From IMG/VR virus record IMGVR_UViG_3300032220_000084, positions 1-52,143 of that record: a stretch of DNA of 52,143 nt. One strand, 5' to 3'. The notes under the pieces were generated by a model. It was not told the origin of the DNA. It was given only the letters and a program-made list of their open reading frames with translations, and did not search any database. Every line of letters starts with the position of its first letter. The first letter of the stretch is position 1. The translations under genes were made by a program, and so were the position numbers. This DNA is from a virus (Duplodnaviria; Caudoviricetes). This document shows, piece by piece, positions 45,544 to 52,143 of this stretch.

Positions 45544-45557
45544 TGGAAACGTTACCA
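45544..45557. promoter_or_regulatory. Palindrome TGGAAACGTTACCA 2 nt before the glycosyltransferase start (candidate operator)
   Basis: Exact match, in the divergent intergenic region. Confidence 0.65.
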
Positions 45558-45559
45558 CT

Positions 45560-46312
45560 ATGAATCCTCCTTTAATGTCTGTGATGATGATTGCCTACAA
45601 CAATGTCCAGTTCTTAAAAGCTGCTGTGGATAGCGTGATTGCGCAGACTTATCCGCATTGGGAGCTGGTCATTAATGATGACTGTTCGACTGATGGGACT
45701 TACGAGCTGGCGCAGAAGCTTGCTGAAAAAGATGAGCGCATTAGGGTTTATCAGAATGAACGTAACCTAAAGACGCCGGGCAACAGAGCTGCTGCCATGA
45801 AGCATATCAAGGGTGATTTTGTGGGTCATTTGGACGCAGACGATATGCTTTATCCCCACGCTTTGGCTGCACAGTTGCAGTTTCTCCTTAAGAATCAAGA
45901 TGTTGCGTTGGTTTATTCCGACAATTCTGAGATGGGCGTGGATGGTAACGTTACCGCTTATACGGCCTCAAGGAACTATGAGACTAATTTGGCTTGGTTT
46001 GGTTGGAAACATTTTGGTGTTTACCGAATGTCTGTGTATCGTGAGATTGAGGGATATAACACCAAGTTAACTCAGGGTTGTGAAGATGGAGATTTGTTCA
46101 TGCAGATAGCCGAGAAGTACAAGTTTGCTAGAAACCCAAATGTTCTGTACTACTACCGATCACACTCAACGAACAACAGCCCCAAGAACTACCAGTGTGA
46201 TACCTGTCCTGATCGGCCTGTGTGTAACTACATCAGGGTGTGGACAAAACACGCAAACTATGACATTCATACCATGAAACCAATTGAGGTAGCCGATGCG
46301 CCGAGCGAATAG
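45560..46312 (+). CDS. Family 2 glycosyltransferase
   Basis: SVMMIAYN, SVIAQTYPHWELVINDDCSTDGT, HLDADD and CEDGDL. Confidence 0.9.
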   Translation: MNPPLMSVMMIAYNNVQFLKAAVDSVIAQTYPHWELVINDDCSTDGTYELAQKLAEKDERIRVYQNERNLKTPGNRAAAMKHIKGDFVGHLDADDMLYPHALAAQLQFLLKNQDVALVYSDNSEMGVDGNVTAYTASRNYETNLAWFGWKHFGVYRMSVYREIEGYNTKLTQGCEDGDLFMQIAEKYKFARNPNVLYYYRSHSTNNSPKNYQCDTCPDRPVCNYIRVWTKHANYDIHTMKPIEVADAPSE

Positions 46313-46583
46313 AGTAGACGCAAATCAGGATCAGATTGTTGAAACCCTACGGGCTTGCGGGGCGTATGTACGGGTGGTAACAATGGGTGATGGAGTGCCT
46401 GATCTGCTGGTTGGGTACAGGGGATATACCCTACTCTTAGAAGTTAAGGATGGCAGGAAACCTCCTTCTGCACGGGAGTTAACGCCAGCGGAGGCCAAGT
46501 TCTTTAAAGAGTGGACAGGCGGAATGTTGGCTGTGGTCAACAATGTGGAAGAGGCTTTAGATATTTTGAAAAAGTGTGTATGA
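46296..46583 (+). CDS. VRR-NUC-like / PD-(D/E)xK nuclease (resolvase-like)
   Basis: RVDANQ, GVPDLLVG, LLEVKDG and LTPAE. Confidence 0.75.
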   Translation: MRRANRVDANQDQIVETLRACGAYVRVVTMGDGVPDLLVGYRGYTLLLEVKDGRKPPSARELTPAEAKFFKEWTGGMLAVVNNVEEALDILKKCV

Positions 46584-46636
46584 TAGTGTCGTGGTAAGCA
46601 GTTGCCACTGTTGATTGATTTCATTGTTGGTTCTTT

Positions 46637-46664
46637 GTGGGGTCTGTATGACCCCACTTTTTTT
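46637..46664 (+). terminator. Rho-independent terminator
   Basis: GTGGGGTC-TGTAT-GACCCCAC followed by T7. Confidence 0.85.
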
Positions 46665-46669
46665 GCCTA

Positions 46670-46698
46670 TTGACAAGCACAAATAAATCTTATAGAGT
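46670..46698 (+). promoter_or_regulatory. Sigma70-like promoter
   Basis: TTGACA (46670-75), 17 bp, TAGAGT (46693-98). Confidence 0.65.
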
Positions 46699-46705
46699 CC
46701 TATCT

Positions 46706-46823
46706 GTTGTCGTCGAAAGCAACAAGATTGAAGGCCGTTTACACATGCGTTCCGCTTTACCTAATGCACGGTAGTTGTATTAGTTAAGGTTTCGACCGGA
46801 CGCAGTTGTAAGCGGCTTTTTTT
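46706..46823 (+). ncRNA. C4-antisense-like structured RNA / attenuator
   Basis: Leader hairpin with a GTCGAAA loop. Long stem 46732-46754/46797-46818 with an inner hairpin and unpaired TTTCGAC, ending in a T-run. Confidence 0.5.
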
Positions 46824-47281
46824 ATTGTTCATCTATCTACGGCATCCGACACAAGAGTCTATCGGGTGAGATCTCATACAAGCGGCAGGAACCGAGTATC
46901 TGTGAAGCGTCATGGCGGCAGGGAAAGGGTAGTACCGTGCGAGCAGGGTCACTACAGTTCTGGCTTGTGTTGTATTCCGGACAGAAGCCTCCCCATCCGG
47001 ACGCATAGGGATAGAGTGTTTTCGACAGTAGCTATACCAATCCGCTCTTCATTGTGGCGGTACACGGTGGCGATGATAGATATGCCTCCCAGTGGTGTGG
47101 TCAGGGAACGCTGCACGTTGAGCAGATAACACTGGGGGATAGGGTGCGGCGAACAACTTTACGCACCCCCTGATACGGCGAAACGAACGCACGACGAGTC
47201 AGGTAATGCTATGTAGGCGGCTGCGGCTGCCGATAGGCATAGCTTTCCCGAAAAAAGCTCACTCACTTCCTCGGAGTCAAC

Positions 47282-47809
47282 ATGAAGATTAATGGCACAA
47301 CAATCAAATCAACGTACTTCACACGCTACTGCAAGAGCAGATTAGGTTACGCATCCAAGGAAAATGTGAAGCTGTACGATCTTGTTTGCATGGCTCTTGA
47401 GGTGGATGGGATGCCAATGCCAATGAATATAACCAGCTCTGTGTGGGTGAAAGAGAATATTGACCACATTATTGGTAGGAGCAAGTTTGAGAAGCTAAAA
47501 AGTTGCTCTGCCGTGAGGAAGATGCCAGCAAAGAAGCCAAAGCGGTCTGATGTGTATGTTGCATCAGATGCCTTCTTGTCTTCATACGAGTGGAGAAAGC
47601 TAAGAATGGAAGCGTTAATCAAGTATGGAAGAAAGTGTATGTGCTGCGGCGCGACCCCAGAAACTGGTGGAGTAATGAACGTAGACCACATAAAACCACG
47701 GAAACGTTACCCAGAACTGGCGCTTAAAATAAATAATTTGCAGATACTTTGTCATGACTGCAACCACGGCAAAGGTAATTGGAATGAAACAGATTGGAGA
47801 AATAAATAA
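47282..47809 (+). CDS. HNH endonuclease
   Basis: EWRKLR..KCMCCG...VDHIKPR...NLQILCHDCNHGK. GGAG RBS. Confidence 0.85.
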   Translation: MKINGTTIKSTYFTRYCKSRLGYASKENVKLYDLVCMALEVDGMPMPMNITSSVWVKENIDHIIGRSKFEKLKSCSAVRKMPAKKPKRSDVYVASDAFLSSYEWRKLRMEALIKYGRKCMCCGATPETGGVMNVDHIKPRKRYPELALKINNLQILCHDCNHGKGNWNETDWRNK

Positions 47810-47918
47810 ATAATTGTAGTTATTTTTTCTTTTGTGTGCTAACTGGTAGGTGTTTATCCTACCTGTGTGATAGATGATAAATAGTGTATAGTTGTGTAAC
47901 ATTGTTTGGAGGATTGAT

Positions 47919-48050
47919 ATGTTGGAAATGATTGCAAACATTCTTGTGATGACTGCGCTGCTGGCGCTGGGTGCTATTTTTTTTGTCTTTGTCTGCGCCA
48001 TGATTGGCTGGGCAATATTCACTACACAGAGCGGAGGCGAGGATGAATAA
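47919..48050 (+). CDS. Small single-TM membrane protein (43 aa, not in the ORF track)
   Basis: GGAGG RBS. MLEMIANILVMTALLALGAIFFVFVCAMIGWAIFTTQSGGEDE. Confidence 0.55.
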   Translation: MLEMIANILVMTALLALGAIFFVFVCAMIGWAIFTTQSGGEDE

Positions 48051-49152
48051 GCTCAAGTCATTTCTTGCGTGGCTGAAGTTATTTTGGTTTAAGCCAGCCC
48101 CTGATCCGGCTAGGGCTGAAGAGGCAAAGGAGAGCCGCCCCAAGCGCAAGTACAACAAGGAGAAGTCCAAGACCCTATCGGATCTTTTGGACAATCTAGA
48201 GTACACATTTGAGGCCATGAAGATTGACTATGACGAGATTAGCCTTATGGGTAAGAGCGAGATTGAGGGGCTGAAGAAGTTTGGCGTGTCGGTGATACCC
48301 AATGCTTTAGAGGGCGCTGCCAAAACCAGCAAGATCAATGATGGAATTGGATTGCCGTCAATCATTTTCTTAGCTCATACAGAAGGCGATAAAGGAGATA
48401 AGGACATTATGTATCCTGATTTCTTCTATGCAATCAAGCAGAAGAAGTGTCCATGGTTCGTGGCAAAAAAGTCCGGCATTATTTACAACTGCGGGTTTGG
48501 TTATCGGGATGTGGTTTCTAAGAAGACTCTTTGGGTTTCTTTCTACGCAACCATCAGTAAAGATGGAGAGGTTTTGCCAACTCACTATCTTGCTCAAAAA
48601 CCAATAATCACCCCCCAAGGCGCATACATGAAAAGGCAATGGCAGTTATCTACTTGGAAGAATTGGAACTCCAAAGAGAAAGATGAAAATTCAGTTGTCA
48701 CCAGCATGGTTGCCTATCACTTCAACCTATGGGGATCGCGCAAGTCAATGTGGTCAACCACGGTTGAGCGAGATGGAGTCCGAGCCATCTTCTATGTGGA
48801 TCACAGAGACACCAAAACCTACTTCAAGAATCGCGACAAAACGGTGACTGAAAACGGTGCTACAAAGCGCATCATTCATTTGGTTGAAGATCATGAGCGA
48901 AAGTATCAAAACGGTCGCGTTGCTTTTATTGCTGAGCACGTGCGTGGATTGAATAAATTTACATGGAACGGATTTAAGTGCAACGTTGCGTCGCCAGTCC
49001 ATCATATGGATGTTCGGAGTTTTAAGTGTGAAGGCGAAATTTTTGATGAGCAGAATGTCCCCAATGGATATGTTTCCACGGCGAAGATGGCGGAGATGTT
49101 GCACAGCAAAACAGGCACAAGGATTAAAGATCTACACAAGGAGGCGGCATGA
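48043..49152 (+). CDS. Hypothetical protein
   Basis: GGAGG before ATG 48043. Near the C-terminus, HLVEDHER..NG...IAEHVRG is a motif seen in phage proteins. Confidence 0.7.
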   Translation: MNKLKSFLAWLKLFWFKPAPDPARAEEAKESRPKRKYNKEKSKTLSDLLDNLEYTFEAMKIDYDEISLMGKSEIEGLKKFGVSVIPNALEGAAKTSKINDGIGLPSIIFLAHTEGDKGDKDIMYPDFFYAIKQKKCPWFVAKKSGIIYNCGFGYRDVVSKKTLWVSFYATISKDGEVLPTHYLAQKPIITPQGAYMKRQWQLSTWKNWNSKEKDENSVVTSMVAYHFNLWGSRKSMWSTTVERDGVRAIFYVDHRDTKTYFKNRDKTVTENGATKRIIHLVEDHERKYQNGRVAFIAEHVRGLNKFTWNGFKCNVASPVHHMDVRSFKCEGEIFDEQNVPNGYVSTAKMAEMLHSKTGTRIKDLHKEAA

Positions 49153-49424
49153 CTGATCAAAAATTCTTTGACGGCGCAGAGTTATTTAAGCTGTATGCAG
49201 AGAACGGCTTACCTCTTGAAATGGCACTGATGCGGATAGACCAAGCGGGTAAGACTGTCAACTGGCCTTTGTTTGTGCAAGAGGCTGTGCGTAATGGCTG
49301 GAGCTTGAAGAAGGCTTACACAACAATCATTGCAGGAGTGAGGGATGCAGAGATTTACGCCAAGGCGCAGATGGCTGAGTTTGAGACTATGGCAAAACTA
49401 TTTTTTATCAGGGAGGCGGCATGA
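49149..49424 (+). CDS. Small protein resembling the alanyl-tRNA synthetase helical subdomain
   Basis: DGAELFKLYAENGLPLE...GKTVNWPLF versus the AlaRS pattern G.DAFKLYDTYGFPLD...GL.VD..GF. Confidence 0.5.
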   Translation: MTDQKFFDGAELFKLYAENGLPLEMALMRIDQAGKTVNWPLFVQEAVRNGWSLKKAYTTIIAGVRDAEIYAKAQMAEFETMAKLFFIREAA

Positions 49425-49693
49425 CTGAAGAAGATGAAGCATTCAACGAGATTGAGCGCAGGAGCATTGCCAAGAAGGATGCGGTGAGGGCGACAGTAAA
49501 CATGAAAGAAGAGCTAACCAAGGCTCTCATTGAGAGCTATGACCAAGGGGTTAAAGACGCACTTGAATCAGTCGTACAACTCATCAAGGAACTGCGCCTT
49601 GCCATCATGCCGTTGGAAGGTATGGGTAGAGGCAAAGCCACGCATGAATGGTTTGATATTTTGGCAAAACAAGTTGAGGAGATGAAGAAATGA
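49421..49693 (+). CDS. Hypothetical protein
   Basis: ATGA-coupled, GGAGG RBS. Confidence 0.65.
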   Translation: MTEEDEAFNEIERRSIAKKDAVRATVNMKEELTKALIESYDQGVKDALESVVQLIKELRLAIMPLEGMGRGKATHEWFDILAKQVEEMKK

Positions 49694-49830
49694 TTTGGCT
49701 ACTTGAGAACCACGCACTGTGGCGTTTGAGCAAAGACAAACAATGGGTGTGGTGTTGTAGCTGCACCAAGTTCTTACCTTGGTCAATGATTTATACCGTC
49801 CTTGCATGGACAAGGGAGAAGAACACATGA
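49690..49830 (+). CDS. Hypothetical 46-aa protein (not in the ORF track)
   Basis: ATGA-coupled at both ends. Ends REKNT like neighbouring ORFs. Confidence 0.45.
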   Translation: MIWLLENHALWRLSKDKQWVWCCSCTKFLPWSMIYTVLAWTREKNT

Positions 49831-50081
49831 AACTCACTACTGTCAACAAGTTTGATTTGGTTTTGCATGATGTGCCGCTGTGCGCTGTATGTAATAAGCC
49901 AGTCGAGCGTGTTGAGTCTAGGTATGACAACACCATCATGGCAAAGCATTTTCGTGTGTATTGCCACGGACAAATGGAGGAGGCAGTGTTGACTGATGAA
50001 ACCATTTTGGGCGTAGATAGTGTCCGCTTTGGCGAGGCATTCATCGACAAATTACCACAACCACAATTGGAGAACAAATGA
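49827..50081 (+). CDS. Hypothetical protein (CxxC ... CHG)
   Basis: GGAG RBS before ATG 49827. Confidence 0.6.
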   Translation: MKLTTVNKFDLVLHDVPLCAVCNKPVERVESRYDNTIMAKHFRVYCHGQMEEAVLTDETILGVDSVRFGEAFIDKLPQPQLENK

Positions 50082-50263
50082 ATAACCCACAAGCATTCCC
50101 ATGTGAAATTGATTTAGACAGAGATGTCCAACTTGGCATGACCTTGCGGGACTACTTTGCGGCAAAGGCTATGCTAAGAACAAGCGTGGGTTCATCCTAC
50201 GAACAGCTTGCAAAGACGGCTTACGAAATAGCAGACGCAATGCTGAAAGCGAGGAAAGCATGA
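50078..50263 (+). CDS. Conserved small phage protein (GMTLRDYFAAKAM family)
   Basis: AFP...GMTLRDYFAAKAM...AYEIADAMLKAR. Confidence 0.75.
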   Translation: MNNPQAFPCEIDLDRDVQLGMTLRDYFAAKAMLRTSVGSSYEQLAKTAYEIADAMLKARKA

Positions 50264-50823
50264 CACAAGATGAAATCATTGAGATGTATCTGCAAGTCTC
50301 AAAAGAATTATGTAATGACACCGAATGGTGTTGGGCTGGCGTTGGTGAACCTTTGCAGATGTTTGCCAAACTAGTAGCCGCCAAAGCCATTGCAGAGTTG
50401 GAAAGCCAAGAGCCATTTGGGTATTTTCGTTATGACATTCGGCTAGATGCTTGGGTTCAAAACCGTGATAGCAATCGAGGCGCTGCTCTCTACACCCACC
50501 CACCACAGCGCACAGAGCAAGAACGAGATGAAATCTTGCAAGCAATAACTGACCAAGAAAATCAACCAAGTCAATTTGGGACTGTCACGCTTGACTTTCA
50601 TTTTGAAAAGATAAAAAAGTGGGAAGACCTTTTTGAGCGAATGAGTGACAAAGTACTGGCACAGCGCACATGGGTAGAGCTGACAGATGAGGAAGCCACA
50701 GAGGTTTATGCGGAGACAGAAAAAAAAGTTAATGAACATTGGGAGAGTGGCGGTACAACAATGATGTTTCCACCAACTTTGTACAAAGCCATCGAAGCCA
50801 AACTCAAGGAGAAGAACACATGA
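50260..50823 (+). CDS. Hypothetical mosaic phage protein
   Basis: MTQDEII, SQEP, LYTHPPQRT, WVELTDEE and AIEAKLKEKNT modules. Confidence 0.65.
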   Translation: MTQDEIIEMYLQVSKELCNDTEWCWAGVGEPLQMFAKLVAAKAIAELESQEPFGYFRYDIRLDAWVQNRDSNRGAALYTHPPQRTEQERDEILQAITDQENQPSQFGTVTLDFHFEKIKKWEDLFERMSDKVLAQRTWVELTDEEATEVYAETEKKVNEHWESGGTTMMFPPTLYKAIEAKLKEKNT

Positions 50824-51014
50824 AAGCCGTAATTGAAGTAACAGACTGCCGAGACTGCCCTTTTGCCACTGACCATCGAGGTCATGGTCAATGTTGGAAA
50901 CAGTGTAGTCACCCACAACACAATCAAGGCTCATATGGAAACATTTTGTGGGGATGTCAGGAAAAGTTTAAAGCCACGCCAAATTGGTGCCCAATCAAGG
51001 AGAAGAACACATGA
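50820..51014 (+). CDS. Small Cys-rich protein
   Basis: CRDCPF...C...PNWCPI. ATGA-coupled. Confidence 0.6.
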   Translation: MKAVIEVTDCRDCPFATDHRGHGQCWKQCSHPQHNQGSYGNILWGCQEKFKATPNWCPIKEKNT

Positions 51015-51670
51015 GCAAAGTTGGCGTAATGATTCCAACATACAACCGTCCAGATTTTGTGCGTGGCGCGGTGCTGCAATGGATTGCTCAAACGAGAAAG
51101 CCTGACATTGTTTGCATTCACCAAAACGGCAACGAAGATAGCTATGAGTGGGCAATAGAAGACCTCAAGCCTCTAATTAACATTAATTGGATTCACATAT
51201 CAAAAGAGTTGCCTCAACACCTCTGGTATGCAATACCTCTTGCCCTTTTAATTCATGAAGGTTGCGATGTTTTTCTGTGGGCGGATCACGATGACATTTA
51301 TTACACAAACCACATAGAAAAATCACTTGAAAACCTTGAAGATTATGACATCACGCTGTCAGATACTTGCGGAGTTCTTTACCTAAAAGAAAAACAGTTT
51401 AAGTACCAAAGGCCAGAAAAGTTTCAAGCACACGCCCCCGGCGGAATGTCATCGTCAATGGTGTTCAACAAGAGGTTTGCTTTGCACCTTTATTCTGACT
51501 TGATAAAAGATTCGGATTACTATTATTCGGATAATGTTGTGGCTCATAAAACAATGCCAAAAAACCGTGTCAATATTACCAGCAGCAACACAACGGTCTA
51601 TGTAAGCCACAAGGGTTCTCATAGCTCTGGACTCTGGCCTGATGAAGCATTTCCCGAGGAGAACACATGA
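51011..51670 (+). CDS. Family 2-like glycosyltransferase
   Basis: VMIPTYNRPDF, WIAQT and WADHDDIY. Confidence 0.75.
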   Translation: MSKVGVMIPTYNRPDFVRGAVLQWIAQTRKPDIVCIHQNGNEDSYEWAIEDLKPLININWIHISKELPQHLWYAIPLALLIHEGCDVFLWADHDDIYYTNHIEKSLENLEDYDITLSDTCGVLYLKEKQFKYQRPEKFQAHAPGGMSSSMVFNKRFALHLYSDLIKDSDYYYSDNVVAHKTMPKNRVNITSSNTTVYVSHKGSHSSGLWPDEAFPEENT

Positions 51671-51789
51671 AACCATACGGATATGTTTGGGTTAAAGACA
51701 AACATGAACCAAAGTTTTTTTGGTTTGAAGGGGAAGCTACGGATGTGCAAAAAAACTTTGGGGGTGAAGTTGTGCCTGTTTATAGATGA
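51667..51789 (+). CDS. Hypothetical 40-aa protein
   Basis: MKPYGYVW...VVPVYR. ATGA-coupled at both ends. Confidence 0.5.
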   Translation: MKPYGYVWVKDKHEPKFFWFEGEATDVQKNFGGEVVPVYR

Positions 51790-51986
51790 TTGACAAACTT
51801 ATTCTCAGCGCAGTGCTGGGTGTAGTGGGGTTCAATGGTCTATTTCCTGACCCGCCAAAACCCATTACACCTTGGCAGTTACAGGTGCAAGCAAAGGAGA
51901 AATCTATAAGCGAGATGTGTGACAGGAAGCCAAAGAGCAAAGCAGCAAAAGATTTGTGTAAACGATGGAGGAAACTAAATGGATGA
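51786..51986 (+). CDS. Hypothetical protein with hydrophobic N-terminus
   Basis: ATGA-coupled ORF. Confidence 0.55.
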   Translation: MIDKLILSAVLGVVGFNGLFPDPPKPITPWQLQVQAKEKSISEMCDRKPKSKAAKDLCKRWRKLNG

Positions 51987-52140
51987 AAAGGCAATTGAAA
52001 AAGCATGGAATCTTTTATCTATGCACCACAGCGAACTGCTATTGGAAAATGAAAGGCTACGCAAAGAACTGCGCCGACAAAGTATTTGGGCAATTTTGAA
52101 GGCAAGATGTCTTTATTTTTTTGGGGATCGTGATGCTTGA
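51979..52140 (+). CDS. Hypothetical 53-aa protein
   Basis: GGAGG RBS. MDEKAIEKAWNLL... coiled coil. Confidence 0.5.
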   Translation: MDEKAIEKAWNLLSMHHSELLLENERLRKELRRQSIWAILKARCLYFFGDRDA

Positions 52141-52143
52141 GCG

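Noticed and set aside
46866-47129. 87-aa ORF in the structured region
   Set aside because: GTG start without an RBS, atypical composition and no motif.
46700-47809. Group I intron or IscB/IS200-605 element
   Set aside because: No interrupted host gene or recognisable P7 core. The HNH lacks RuvC/PLMP motifs.
1-52143. tRNA or rRNA genes
   Set aside because: No cloverleaf with T-loop consensus seen in the few intergenic gaps. tRNAscan-SE would confirm.

Overview
Most of the genome of a tailed dsDNA bacteriophage with podovirus-type gene order. The + strand from 2 to 40697 carries a partial terS, a LexA-type HTH gene, terL, portal, a GroES-like co-chaperonin, scaffold and major capsid protein. 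These are followed by small basic proteins, head-tail and tail genes, a tail fibre, a lysis cassette (3-TM holin, M15 endolysin), a nozzle protein, three ejection-type proteins and a 2513-aa polyvalent protein (ddrB-ParB-like, HExxH peptidase, GNAT, LPD38-like). A leftward block (40674-45447) holds PAPS-reductase-like, Ref/HNH, RHH, SSB-like, ERF and Cas4-like genes. A rightward accessory block (45560-end) holds two glycosyltransferases, a VRR-NUC-like nuclease, a structured non-coding region, an HNH and many short translationally coupled ORFs. I recognised no polymerase, primase, helicase, integrase, tRNA or CRISPR. The strongest unexplained signal is a 14-bp palindrome, TGGWAACGTTWCCA, with 13 exact and 5 one-mismatch copies found by eye. 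Most copies lie inside genes in two different reading frames, often about 4.2-4.8 kb apart; there is also a tandem pair before terL and one copy at the divergent control region. Other notable signals are a shared C-terminal peptide tag on unrelated small proteins, a double-pseudoknot RNA after the capsid gene, a C4-like/structured RNA before an HNH gene, and repeated stop/RBS/start junction sequences. All assignments come from motif recognition by eye, without database searches.
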